DNA from: Escherichia virus TH47
Sequence record: MT446416.1
DNA length: 64,000 bases
Reading direction: 5' to 3' (one strand)
Positions within the stretch are counted from its first letter, which is position 1. Each line of letters starts with the position of its first letter. The position numbers and the translations under genes are program-made. Positions 20,084 to 29,134 of the stretch are shown in pieces. Under the pieces are notes generated by a model. The model ran no database searches, was not told where the DNA came from, and saw nothing but the letters and a program-made list of their open reading frames with translations.

Positions 20084-20346
20084 CTTAGTGGTTGGGTCAT
20101 TTGATAAAAGTACAGCTTACCTTTGATTTCCATTAGTAATTCATTTAATACGCGTTGGACCTCTGGTTCTTGATAGTTTGTCCCTAACAATGCACCCATC
20201 TTTAGCTCACGATACATAATCATCTTCTTACGGTGTTGAATTTCTGGGTTGTGATAGATTTCATTTCGTTTAGTTGAGATTTTAGCCATGCGTTCATGAT
20301 ATTCATCTGAATTTAAATTAATCATTTTTATTCTCCAAAGCATCAC
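20068..20346 (-). CDS. FamB small protein
   Basis: motif LLGTNYQEP. Confidence 0.55.
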   Translation of the reverse strand: MMLWRIKMINLNSDEYHERMAKISTKRNEIYHNPEIQHRKKMIMYRELKMGALLGTNYQEPEVQRVLNELLMEIKGKLYFYQMTQPLRCTVK

Positions 20347-20563
20347 ATTTATTTTCGATACAATTCATGAGTTCTCTAAGATAGTTTTTTACCTTACCTG
20401 ACTGATAGTTCGTCCCTAGGAAGTTGCACAACACGGCTTCTATGATTTTGATTTTCCTGATATCAGGCTTCAATTTTTTGTTATTGAAGATTTGAATCCT
20501 TATATCTCTGGATGCATTTAAACGTTTTTGATATTCATGGTAAGTTAAATTAATCATTTTCAT
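20318..20563 (-). CDS. FamB small protein
   Basis: motif FLGTNYQSG. Confidence 0.55.
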   Translation of the reverse strand: MKMINLTYHEYQKRLNASRDIRIQIFNNKKLKPDIRKIKIIEAVLCNFLGTNYQSGKVKNYLRELMNCIENKCDALENKND

Positions 20564-20778
20564 TTACGTTTAACCTCTCGCTGGAGGGCATCAATTAACA
20601 TCAGTACAGCATTCTCTTGATAGTTTGTTCCTAAGAATGAAAGCATCTTTATATCAGACACTAAAATCAACTTCTTTGAGCGTTCAATAATGTTACTATT
20701 ATAAACGGCGTTACGTGCTGGATAAGTTTTTGCAAGACGAACATAATATTCATCTTTACTTAAATTAATCATTTGCAT
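20560..20778 (-). CDS. FamB small protein
   Basis: motif FLGTNYQEN; ATGA overlap. Confidence 0.55.
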   Translation of the reverse strand: MQMINLSKDEYYVRLAKTYPARNAVYNSNIIERSKKLILVSDIKMLSFLGTNYQENAVLMLIDALQREVKRK

Positions 20779-20987
20779 TTACTTTTAACCTCTTTAATTA
20801 GTGCATCAACCCATAGGTCTACATACATTTGTTGATAGTTTGTCCCCAATAGTGCACCTACATAGAGTTCAGCTTTCATTGCGTGCTTTAGGTCAATAGG
20901 GATGCTCTTATCGTTTGATATCATTCTCCTTCTGCTGCCACATGTTTTCAGAAGCTTAACATATTCGTAACCTATTAATTTTCTCAT
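20769..20987 (-). CDS. FamB small protein
   Basis: motif LLGTNYQQM. Confidence 0.55.
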   Translation of the reverse strand: MRKLIGYEYVKLLKTCGSRRRMISNDKSIPIDLKHAMKAELYVGALLGTNYQQMYVDLWVDALIKEVKSKCK

Positions 20988-21199
20988 TCTTTTGATATCA
21001 CCTTGTTGCGTAAGGCACTTAACAATACGTCAGTGTAGATGTTTTGATAGTTTGTTCCTACGAATACACCCAACTTCATTTCAGCTATTATAACACATTT
21101 GTCCTCTTGTGCAATAGACTTGTCTAAAGAAATACTAACAACTTTCCTTCTTATAGCTTGTAACCTCCAATGATACTGATACTCATTTAGGGTTATCAT
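20984..21199 (-). CDS. FamB small protein
   Basis: motif FVGTNYQNI; ATGA overlap. Confidence 0.55.
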   Translation of the reverse strand: MITLNEYQYHWRLQAIRRKVVSISLDKSIAQEDKCVIIAEMKLGVFVGTNYQNIYTDVLLSALRNKVISKE

Positions 21200-21434
21200 T
21201 CTCTCGTCTCCATATCTCGGTTCTAATGTGTTGGCATTGTGCTTCGATGAACATATCTATTGATTTGGCAATTGCTTTTTTATCAGTGCCTGTCATCAGT
21301 ACAAGCATCTCGGCCTCACAGTGAAGTAAACGCATGATATCATAGGGTAATATTTCAGATACCGTGTCATAGTGTTTCTGTGCCAGTGTCTGCAATAGTT
21401 TACAATACATTTTGTGGTTCATTCTTTGTCGCAT
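21183..21434 (-). CDS. FamB-like small protein
   Basis: divergent motif MTGTDKKAI. Confidence 0.45.
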   Translation of the reverse strand: MRQRMNHKMYCKLLQTLAQKHYDTVSEILPYDIMRLLHCEAEMLVLMTGTDKKAIAKSIDMFIEAQCQHIRTEIWRRENDNPK

Positions 21435-21691
21435 TGTTTATTCCATTCTTTTTTGGCCTTGGTGGTTTTATATTGGATTTGGTTTCTTAATGCTGATAAG
21501 TATCGTTGAATGAACAGATCTTGATAGTTTGTCCCAATGAATTTCATAAGATAAACATCACCGTTGATAACATCCACTTCAGGTACACCATGTAATGCAT
21601 TGTTATTTCTAAGGGTTCTAATAAGAGAGAACAGGGCAGTTTGATACTCAACTCCTGATAAAATCTTCATATTTTGCGTGGATGTATTCAT
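21419..21691 (-). CDS. FamB small protein
   Basis: motif FIGTNYQDL. Confidence 0.55.
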   Translation of the reverse strand: MNTSTQNMKILSGVEYQTALFSLIRTLRNNNALHGVPEVDVINGDVYLMKFIGTNYQDLFIQRYLSALRNQIQYKTTKAKKEWNKQCDKE

Positions 21692-21905
21692 CTAGTTTAT
21701 CCTGTATAACATTCGTTAATTGATCGATATATTCTGTGCAAAACTTATCTTGATATTGAGTCCCCATAAAGTACAGCAACCATAGCTCATCAACTTTAGC
21801 TCGCATTTGGTTCCATGTAAGGGTGGGGTCATCGTAGACTATCCTTGCGACTGGGGTTAGTTTACGAACTATAGTTTCATATTCATCTTGTGTTAAGCGT
21901 CTCAT
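21648..21905 (-). CDS. FamB small protein
   Basis: motif FMGTQYQDK. Confidence 0.55.
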   Translation of the reverse strand: MRRLTQDEYETIVRKLTPVARIVYDDPTLTWNQMRAKVDELWLLYFMGTQYQDKFCTEYIDQLTNVIQDKLDEYIHAKYEDFIRS

Positions 21906-22126
21906 TTACCTAAATCCCTGACATGACATTTTAAGGCCGTGATGTGGTTGTCTACCATAACCTCCTGATAGTTTGTCCCTACAAATGGTATTAATGTTGA
22001 GTCTGTTAGTATAACATACTTTTCATTGGATGTTAGTGATTCATCATCGTAAACTTGAAGTCTAAAGTTCTTCCCTTGTTCTAATCGTTTAAGATATTCT
22101 TGAGTGTTTATGTCTTTCATTTGCAT
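21902..22126 (-). CDS. FamB small protein
   Basis: motif FVGTNYQEV; ATGA overlap. Confidence 0.55.
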   Translation of the reverse strand: MQMKDINTQEYLKRLEQGKNFRLQVYDDESLTSNEKYVILTDSTLIPFVGTNYQEVMVDNHITALKCHVRDLGK

Positions 22127-22335
22127 TTGTCCATAATGTATTTCTTGAGTGCAACTATGTGCTCATGGACATAACTTTCCTGATAGTTTGTCCCCAGTAC
22201 AGCCATCATGCGTACATCGGTGGTGTTTATCTTGTGTTCAAATCGTGTTAAGCCTTTTTTTTGTAAAAGGGTATCGTATTTGTTTAATGCATCAATGATA
22301 ATTCTCATCTTCTCTATATTACTTAAATGTTTCAT
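22117..22335 (-). CDS. FamB small protein
   Basis: motif VLGTNYQES. Confidence 0.55.
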   Translation of the reverse strand: MKHLSNIEKMRIIIDALNKYDTLLQKKGLTRFEHKINTTDVRMMAVLGTNYQESYVHEHIVALKKYIMDKCK

Positions 22336-22547
22336 ATTTTGTTTCTATGGTGCTCCATGAGTGTTTCTGTGTAGTTCTTCATGAATTTATCTTGAAACTG
22401 TGTCCCGATGAATTGTAAGACCCATAGTGCATATATTCGTTCTTCCTTGTCCACCAAAGATAAATGTATATTATTATAAATCCTTTGTTCTTTATCTAGG
22501 GTAGACAGTACACGAGCCTCGTATTCACCTTGTGTTATTTTAATCAT
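22332..22547 (-). CDS. FamB small protein
   Basis: motif FIGTQFQDK; ATGA overlap. Confidence 0.55.
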   Translation of the reverse strand: MIKITQGEYEARVLSTLDKEQRIYNNIHLSLVDKEERIYALWVLQFIGTQFQDKFMKNYTETLMEHHRNKI

Positions 22548-22759
22548 AGTTTGCTCTTAATGTATTTCTTGAGTGCATTTATATACACATTCAAGAAATG
22601 CTCCTGATAGTCTGTTCCCAAGAATGCACCCAATAGTATATCATTTTCCAATACCTCGGCTAAGTTTAAATCAGAAGTCTCTTCATATACTATGAGGATT
22701 TCAAGTTGTCTGGCAGCAACGCGTTCGGTATATTGATGTGAGTTTGTAATGATATTCAT
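22544..22759 (-). CDS. FamB small protein
   Basis: motif FLGTDYQEH; ATGA overlap. Confidence 0.55.
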   Translation of the reverse strand: MNIITNSHQYTERVAARQLEILIVYEETSDLNLAEVLENDILLGAFLGTDYQEHFLNVYINALKKYIKSKL

Positions 22760-22967
22760 AGTTTACTCTTAATGTGGTTCTTGAGTGCAAATAAGTATTC
22801 CCCTACATAATACTCCTGAAAGTCTGTATCCAAAAATGCACCCATGAGTAAATCCTTCTCCATTGCCCTTGATAAGTTAAGGTCTACGCTTGAAAGGTAT
22901 ATCAGTAAGATTTCAGCCTGTGCCGAATTGAAACGTATCTTATATTCTTCTGGTGTTAAAAAATCAT
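22756..22967 (-). pseudogene. FamB member with frameshift after start codon (T6 homopolymer)
   Basis: ATG-ATT-TTT-TAA at 22956-22967 (minus); remaining frame ...ITPEEYKIRFNSAQAEILLIYLSSVDLNLSRAMEKDLLMGAFLDTDFQEYYVGEYLFALKNHIKSKL is a clear FamB protein without an in-frame start. Confidence 0.45.
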
Positions 22968-23170
22968 AGTTTACTCTTTATATCTTTTATTAAATGTAAA
23001 ATCCAATCATTAACAAAACTTTCTTGGAAGTTGGTTCCCAGTCCAGCCATCATCCACCACTCCGATAGAATAAACTTTTTTTCATCCCTAGATAACTCAT
23101 CTGGTATATATATATTCTTTCTATATTCGATCATAAGATTATATAGTTGAAATTGTGTGATAATTTTCAT
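22964..23170 (-). CDS. FamB small protein
   Basis: motif GLGTNFQES. Confidence 0.55.
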   Translation of the reverse strand: MKIITQFQLYNLMIEYRKNIYIPDELSRDEKKFILSEWWMMAGLGTNFQESFVNDWILHLIKDIKSKL

Positions 23171-23364
23171 AGTTTACCCGTTATATCTTCAATTAAATAT
23201 GAAATCCAATCCTTGACATACCTTTCCTGAAAGTTAGTTCCAATGAATAGTGCCATAACCAATTCACGCTTATAGGCCATACCACGTTCATGTGACTTAT
23301 ACATTATCATAGCCATGTTATTGATAAGTCTTTCGTGATGTTCTGCTTGAGTTAAAATACGCAT
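23167..23364 (-). CDS. FamB small protein (first gene of the array)
   Basis: motif FIGTNFQER; preceded by 250-bp intergenic region. Confidence 0.55.
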   Translation of the reverse strand: MRILTQAEHHERLINNMAMIMYKSHERGMAYKRELVMALFIGTNFQERYVKDWISYLIEDITGKL

Positions 23365-23613
23365 AGGGACTCCATTAAAAATAATATCAATCCTATAATA
23401 TACGATTCGTATAAAAAGTCAATAACATTTTATTAGTAATACCCCTTTATCGAAGTCGCTAAGGTTACCCGCAGTTTAGCCCCCTACGCATTTTGCCATA
23501 GTCCAATCCCTTTTTATTCATAAAAGTCAAGGGATTACCTATGCATTTTTTTAACGCTGAAGTTTAAAAATGCCTTGACTTTTTTATGATTCAGTACTAA
23601 ATCCTTTTACGCA

Positions 23614-23823
23614 TTAATCCTTCGTTACGCTTACGATTATCTGTGTATCCCCATAGTCCTGCCATACTTCCACGCCAGCCGCCGACCTGGTTAGTCGTGC
23701 TGTCATCTGCTTAATGGTCTTAGGCTTTAGTGGAACCTGTTGCAGTACTGTACGCATGGCACTATCGACGTTATCATGTACGCCTGCAATAGTACCTAGA
23801 ACGCTGTATACTGTATAGATCAT
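23614..23823 (-). CDS. hypothetical protein
   Basis: 69 aa; AGGAG 9 nt upstream of ATG. Confidence 0.5.
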   Translation of the reverse strand: MIYTVYSVLGTIAGVHDNVDSAMRTVLQQVPLKPKTIKQMTARLTRSAAGVEVWQDYGDTQIIVSVTKD

Positions 23824-23891
23824 GTGTATGTACTCCTGATATAGTTAAGGCCGCTACAAGGCGGCCTATGATGTTTGATGATGTGTAACGC

Positions 23892-24293
23892 TTACAACCC
23901 TAAGATAGTACGTGCTTCGTTACGTTCCTTAGTTTGCTGCATGATGTAAGCTAACTGGTCCTTGCTAATGTATCCCTTGTCCATAGCTTCACGGATAGAT
24001 ACATCATAAGCACCGAACCCCGTGCGAACGATACGCACATCATTCAGGTTAGTGTTATATATACCGCCGAGATCAACGGATTCGAATACTGCATCAACTG
24101 TATATTCGTTGTTACCGTCATTGAAGTTTTCAATCTCAATATTACGGGACACGGCCCAACGTTTACAGCTACCGATAATGCGGCAATATTCCGGTTGCAT
24201 ATGACCATTACTTACAGCGTGCTCAAGGCCAGCTTTACCAAAAGTCCGGGCCAGTACTAAAACGTCAGCGTAAGAAGTGATAGTGAAAGTCAT
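23892..24293 (-). CDS. hypothetical protein
   Basis: start MTFTITSYADV at 24291-24293 after AGGAG; track N-extension MYNVLHREG is translation of the promoter/stem-loop cassette. Confidence 0.55.
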   Translation of the reverse strand: MTFTITSYADVLVLARTFGKAGLEHAVSNGHMQPEYCRIIGSCKRWAVSRNIEIENFNDGNNEYTVDAVFESVDLGGIYNTNLNDVRIVRTGFGAYDVSIREAMDKGYISKDQLAYIMQQTKERNEARTILGL

Positions 24294-24382
24294 GATGATA
24301 CTCCTTAAGTTAGGAGGGAGAACCATTTCCCCCTCTCTATGTAAAACATTATACATGAATCTAAGTACTATGCAAGTACTTT

Positions 24383-24715
24383 TTACATTTTAATACCTGG
24401 ATTCAGGTAGCGGTGAGATCCATACTCTGGGTAGGTTTCAGTCCAGTACTGTAAATCTATAGTACCTTTAGCGTTAATCTTGTCTACCAGCTTATTCATC
24501 TTAGCGTATACTACATTAGCATCGATGCGTTTAAAGCCAGTGGCTTTAGTGAAGTAGTAGTGATTTGCTTCACTATCATTAAGGATATACCGAGCACCGT
24601 TTGCCGTTTGTGCAATAATGATTGAGTATTCTACTTCCCGATCCAGTCCGTCAATGAATACAGATGAAACATTAGTACGGATGAAAGCGTTTACGATAGC
24701 GATTGAAGTACTCAT
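24383..24715 (-). CDS. hypothetical protein
   Basis: 110 aa; AGGAG RBS. Confidence 0.55.
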   Translation of the reverse strand: MSTSIAIVNAFIRTNVSSVFIDGLDREVEYSIIIAQTANGARYILNDSEANHYYFTKATGFKRIDANVVYAKMNKLVDKINAKGTIDLQYWTETYPEYGSHRYLNPGIKM

Positions 24716-24860
24716 TTTGAATCTCCTAACTTTGTGGGCCGTCGCACCATTGCCGCCCTACGAGATACATTATTGCAGTACTGCTATACTTTGTCAATAG
24801 TTTTTTATTAATAGTTTTAGTACTGGCAGTACATCCACCAGCAGATAGTTACTCACCGTT

Positions 24861-24965
24861 ATTAACTATATATTTTAGATACACCTATGCACCCGGTGGG
24901 CTAGTTTTTGTCTATGCGTATATAATAGCAAAGGGACTTACCGGAGTCAATCCCTTTTTTATTCT
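24861..24965. repeat. ~100-nt conserved intergenic element, copy 1 (TATAAT...ATGCACCCGGTGGGCTAG...hairpin+T-run)
   Basis: near-identical copies at 25966-26066, 28698-28800, 32948-33055. Confidence 0.55.
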
Positions 24966-24967
24966 TT

Positions 24968-25225
24968 TTATGAAATATCTTCGATGTAGTCGGCCCATTT
25001 CATTTTTTCAGTACTGTCAATGGCTACCGGATTATTTGGATCAAACCATTCACCATTACCGCAATACATACCCACGGCTACGGTTTTATAGCCATCCTGT
25101 GCCGTATTCCATGACATTGCACGATAGATATGGCCTTTAATTGGTGTTAGTACTGGTAACGTTTTATGGTCTTCTACGTAGGCCATAGCTTGAGGATTTA
25201 CCCGATATTGTGTGAACTGTTCCAT
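24968..25225 (-). CDS. hypothetical protein
   Basis: 85 aa. Confidence 0.5.
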   Translation of the reverse strand: MEQFTQYRVNPQAMAYVEDHKTLPVLTPIKGHIYRAMSWNTAQDGYKTVAVGMYCGNGEWFDPNNPVAIDSTEKMKWADYIEDIS

Positions 25226-25301
25226 TATGTTTCCCCTTGTAGTTAGTAAAGTTATTACATCAGTACTATCAAGCTATGTCAATAGTACTGAAATAAAACT
25301 T

Positions 25302-25526
25302 TTAGATTAGATTATTGATACCTTCGATGGTAGACTCGCTTTCTTCTTTCTCCCATTGTCGGTAGTACTTCCATGTTTCATGATATGTGGCGATTAGTTC
25401 ATCTTTTTGATCCTGGTTACATGCCAGTACTGAATCACGGTGAGCGGTGTTATAGATAGAATCGAATGATTTCTTCTCTTCTGCCAGGTTAGCTACTTCC
25501 CGCATCAGTTCATCAAAGTTAGCCAT
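25302..25526 (-). CDS. hypothetical protein
   Basis: 74 aa; AAGGAG RBS. Confidence 0.5.
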   Translation of the reverse strand: MANFDELMREVANLAEEKKSFDSIYNTAHRDSVLACNQDQKDELIATYHETWKYYRQWEKEESESTIEGINNLI

Positions 25527-25593
25527 TTTAATACTCCTTTTAGTGGGGGAGGATATCTCCCCCTATGCAAAACATTATACGCTTTATTCAGTA

Positions 25594-25857
25594 CTATGCA
25601 AGTACTTTTTTCATATAAACATTAAATTCTACACCGCCGTAACCTTCCACGATGATATGTTTTGCGTTATCACGCTTGCACATAGTGAAACCGTTGTTGA
25701 TATGTTCTGCATTTTCCAGGGCTACATCACCGATAGCGGCACATACAGCACTAATAACAGTATTCCGCAAAGTACTGGTATCATTAGCGGTCATAGTAGT
25801 TTGCAGTACTACGTTGTCATATACGTGTGCATTGATAGTGATTTCAATAGCGTTCAT
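25594..25857 (-). CDS. hypothetical protein
   Basis: start MNAIEITINAH at 25855-25857 after CCAGGAGA; track extension is cassette read-through. Confidence 0.5.
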   Translation of the reverse strand: MNAIEITINAHVYDNVVLQTTMTANDTSTLRNTVISAVCAAIGDVALENAEHINNGFTMCKRDNAKHIIVEGYGGVEFNVYMKKVLA

Positions 25858-25865
25858 GGTGTATC

Positions 25866-25928
25866 TCCTGGACTTGAGGGGAAACCATTTCCCCCTCTCG
25901 ATGTAAAACATTATACGCGAATTGCGAT
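25866..25928 (-). promoter_or_regulatory. sigma70-like promoter (TTGCAT-16-TATAAT) followed by palindromic stem-loop GGGGAAAnnnTTTCCCC and RBS
   Basis: -35 at 25922-25927, -10 at 25900-25905, stem-loop ~25868-25885 (minus-strand sense). Confidence 0.55.
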
Positions 25929-26073
25929 AGTATGCAAGTACTTTTTTAAAATAGTTTTCAGTACTGAATACTTATATAATAGATACATTTATGCACCCGG
26001 TGGGTTAGATTGTTTTCATGCATATATAATAGCAAAGGGACTGACCTGAGTCAATCCATTTTTTTAATCTTTT

Positions 26074-26658
26074 TTATCGTGTTATAGTTACGGCTTTTAC
26101 ATCACGCTTTTTATAGTACTGATTCCAGATATTGCGGGTTAAACCGTAATCAAGTACTTTAATCAAGCCGTTACGATCCTGGCCGATATTCTGTTTTCTG
26201 ATATCTCTTATAGTTAGTGTTGATAAGGTATCATCAACGTGTTGTAGTGCATCAGCAAAGCGGTGCTGGCGTTCAATGGTATTACGTTTAATATTGCACT
26301 TTAATTCGTTGCACGCGTTAACGTGCTTTACGCTGCCTTTGCTTGCAGTACTCAAACGATCCATAACAATAAACATATTATCAGGATCGCTTAAATGCAT
26401 ATGCACCTTAGCAAAGTACTGTTTCATTTGAGGGCGGTCATAATCTAAAAAATTCCATACCTTACATTCAGTTTCATTTTGTTCTACACCCGCATCACAA
26501 TTCGCGACCTTGATCACTAACCGATCATTTAAAGCGAATACTATACGGGAAGAACCCGCACCGATGATCTCAAGACCAGCTAACCGACAAGCTGAAAGGA
26601 TCTCTTTGTTGGTTTCCATTTCTGACAGTGTACGGATAAATTTAGTATAATTACGCAT
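26074..26658 (-). CDS. protein-kinase-like protein (Ser/Thr kinase fold)
   Basis: Gly-rich loop IIGAGSSRIV, VIKV lysine, catalytic-loop-like IRDIRKQN, DFG-like LDYG; start MRNYTKF at 26656-26658 after AAGGAG. Confidence 0.5.
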   Translation of the reverse strand: MRNYTKFIRTLSEMETNKEILSACRLAGLEIIGAGSSRIVFALNDRLVIKVANCDAGVEQNETECKVWNFLDYDRPQMKQYFAKVHMHLSDPDNMFIVMDRLSTASKGSVKHVNACNELKCNIKRNTIERQHRFADALQHVDDTLSTLTIRDIRKQNIGQDRNGLIKVLDYGLTRNIWNQYYKKRDVKAVTITR

Positions 26659-26705
26659 TGCATTTACTCCTTGAATTGATGAAACTATATTACAGTACTT
26701 TACTA

Positions 26706-26933
26706 TCAATGGCAACTACTTTTTTTAACATTAACGGCGTGGATCACTTCCTTAGTGTTTTTAGTACTGAATACTTTTGCCGCTCCTTGTTCGACCGTGA
26801 TGCGATAGCGACCATTAACATCAACCATATTAATAAAGTCCGGCGTGCTGAATGGTGTTGTTTTACATTTCAGTACGGTTAACAGTTCCACCAGCGATGT
26901 AGTTTATTTGATACGTTTTTCTAAAGTAATCAT
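26706..26933 (-). pseudogene. small ORF with in-frame TAA at codon 10
   Basis: ATG 26931-26933 with RBS-like context; TAA at 26904-26906 in frame; downstream frame continues ...TTSLVELLTVLKCKTTPF (track ORF 26706-26891). Confidence 0.3.
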
Positions 26934-26987
26934 TTTGTTTTCCCCCGTGTTGGTATATATACATAGTACTAAAACATTTGAGTACTG

Positions 26988-27242
26988 TCAACGTGAAATT
27001 CTTTTAATAGCAGTATTATACTGCTGGTGCTCATACAAACTAATTTTACCAGTACTCTCGATAACGATTCTATTGTTAGTGTCTACATCGATAACACGCA
27101 GTTTACCGTTGCTTAACTTCCTAGGTAATATGTTACCATTAATAAACTCATTAGCAAGCTGTACGGCCTTTGTGATGATTCTCTGAGGGGCTTTATAGTG
27201 TACCCGCAAGATATTATCTTTAGATAGTTGTACCTTAATCAT
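26988..27242 (-). CDS. hypothetical protein
   Basis: 84 aa; AGGAT RBS. Confidence 0.5.
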   Translation of the reverse strand: MIKVQLSKDNILRVHYKAPQRIITKAVQLANEFINGNILPRKLSNGKLRVIDVDTNNRIVIESTGKISLYEHQQYNTAIKRISR

Positions 27243-27304
27243 TTTAGTTTATCCTATAAAAAAAGCGGGAACTGATCCCGCCGTGTTGTTAGTACTGCTA
27301 GGTA

Positions 27305-27700
27305 TTAGATAACCTGTCGGCGTTTACTGAATACAGTAACACTGTTTCCCTTGCGGTCGTGGCGGATCTCTCGTTGGTTGCGAATCAGTACACTTGGACG
27401 CTTCAAGTTAGCCAGATGATCCGCGTGAGTCCATGCATTCGAATTTACGGAAACTTTAATATCAGAACCCGCGACGAATTCATCTTGAGCGTTAAGAATT
27501 GCCGCCAGTTCTTCAGCTTGTTTTTGTTCTGCTGCTGTCAGTACTGGCTCAGGTGAATTCACAATATCAGAGATTTCTTTGAACTGTACGGCCCAGCGTT
27601 GGCCTTTCGGTGCATCTTTGCCCATGTCTTTAAATAGCTCACCTTCCTCGCGTGCAACAATACGGGCAGCTTCACGGGTAGCGTAGAATTTAGTAATCAT
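27305..27700 (-). CDS. hypothetical protein (paralog of 39218-39481)
   Basis: shared segments ATREAARIVA...FKDMG...RWAV...HDRKGN-VTV. Confidence 0.5.
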   Translation of the reverse strand: MITKFYATREAARIVAREEGELFKDMGKDAPKGQRWAVQFKEISDIVNSPEPVLTAAEQKQAEELAAILNAQDEFVAGSDIKVSVNSNAWTHADHLANLKRPSVLIRNQREIRHDRKGNSVTVFSKRRQVI

Positions 27701-27795
27701 GGTATACATCCTATTAGTTAAGTTAGTACTACAAGCGAGAGTCTATTATAAAGTACTATCTGTGTAATGTCAAATAGTACTTTAAATGGATTCTA

Positions 27796-28119
27796 TTACA
27801 TGTCTTTCTTACGTTTTACATCGTAGTAGCGAACTGTTATTTCTTTGTTAATCTCTTTTTCGATGCGGTGAATAACTTTTTCTTTCGGGTTGAAACCTAT
27901 AACGGTTTCTTTAATGATCTCCAAACCAGTGTATTCGCCTTGCGTACCGTAACCGTATGTAAAGGTTTCGTGTCCCAGGTCTTCCCAGCGGTCGCCAATT
28001 AACGCAGACACGTAGCAAGAGTGGTAAGTATTGCCGTTCCGATCAGTCCAGCGATTAACTTTAATGTCAAAGGAGGTTACAATTTTCAGTTCTACTTTCT
28101 GGGTAAGGATCATAGCCAT
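27796..28119 (-). CDS. hypothetical protein (paralog of 34364-34708)
   Basis: shared YGYG motif and C-terminal DVKRKKD[ML]. Confidence 0.5.
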   Translation of the reverse strand: MAMILTQKVELKIVTSFDIKVNRWTDRNGNTYHSCYVSALIGDRWEDLGHETFTYGYGTQGEYTGLEIIKETVIGFNPKEKVIHRIEKEINKEITVRYYDVKRKKDM

Positions 28120-28206
28120 TTTTATTTCTCTCTTTTAGTTAGGAGGGGAACCATTCCCCTCACTTGATGTAATCTATTATACAGTACTAAGATACTTTGT
28201 CAATAC

Positions 28207-28482
28207 TTAAGTATTGTAAATGTCGTGAATAGTGATAAAGTTTTTACGACCGTAAACCTGTAAATCGGTATCAATGTAGTGTTTATCTAGTACATCCTCG
28301 ACGCTTAACGCGGTGTCGTGGATATCTTCGTAGAATTGAGGATCTACAATCTTGCTTAAGTCATCCGGTGTTAACTTATCGTTAAGCCATTGCACCGCCT
28401 GGATATCTGCTTCACGTTTCCAGTCTTGCAGGTTAGTAGTCAGTACTTGCTCGATTTCGTTAGCTGTCAGTAGAATCCGCAT
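28207..28482 (-). CDS. hypothetical protein
   Basis: 91 aa; preceded by TTGACA-16-TATAAT. Confidence 0.5.
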   Translation of the reverse strand: MRILLTANEIEQVLTTNLQDWKREADIQAVQWLNDKLTPDDLSKIVDPQFYEDIHDTALSVEDVLDKHYIDTDLQVYGRKNFITIHDIYNT

Positions 28483-28536
28483 TTTAATGTTTCCTTATCA
28501 GTGGTTGATGTAAGTATTATACTCGTTTACTTTCTA

Positions 28537-28620
28537 TTGTCAATCTTTTTATCAGGGGAGTTTTTCGTATGTCTTACTCCTGGACTACTTAACGGGGTTA
28601 CTTGTTTCGTTCCCCCGTCC
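28537..28620. repeat. ~80-nt conserved element (ATCAGGGGAGTTTTTCGTATG...CCCCGTCCTGATG), copy 1 of 2
   Basis: second copy at 38537-38622; internal inverted repeats. Confidence 0.5.
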
Positions 28621-28942
28621 TGATGTAAAACATTATACTTGATTTTAAGTACAATGCAAGTACTTTTTAAAAATAGTTTTCAGTACTAGCCACCAGCAAA
28701 TAATAGATACATTTATGCACCCTGTGGGCTGATTTGTTTCTATGCGTATATAATAGCAAAGGGACTTACCGGAGTCAATCCCTTTTTTAATTATTTTTAA
28801 ACTTGTTTTGGGTTGCGATATGTGATAGCGTTCGGGTACATTTGTTTAATGTTATTCCATGCCTGGTTAACATTATAACCACTTGAGCGAATCAGTTGGT
28901 TACTACCGACACCTTGAAACACTACTTCGAATAAGAATTCTT

Positions 28943-29116
28943 TCATGCTTTCACCTCGCGATCTGCTTTACCTTTACGCCACGCTGTTGCTAATTGTTCG
29001 CGTTGCCATAAGTCGAGTGATACGTAAAGTTTTGCATTATCACCCTTCGGATATTCGCCAGTAGTACCAATCCGATAAAACAGATCTTTCAGTACTGTCA
29101 ATTCTACCTGGATCAT
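28943..29116 (-). CDS. hypothetical small protein
   Basis: start MIQVELTVLK at 29114-29116; track N-extension is cassette. Confidence 0.45.
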   Translation of the reverse strand: MIQVELTVLKDLFYRIGTTGEYPKGDNAKLYVSLDLWQREQLATAWRKGKADREVKA

Positions 29117-29134
29117 TATACTTTCCTCTTTGTT

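Noticed and set aside
29090-29130. Apparent TTGACA/TATAAT pair around 29100-29125
   Set aside because: The elements are in the wrong order for a minus-strand promoter and are the start codon context and codons ELTVL of gene 28943-29116.
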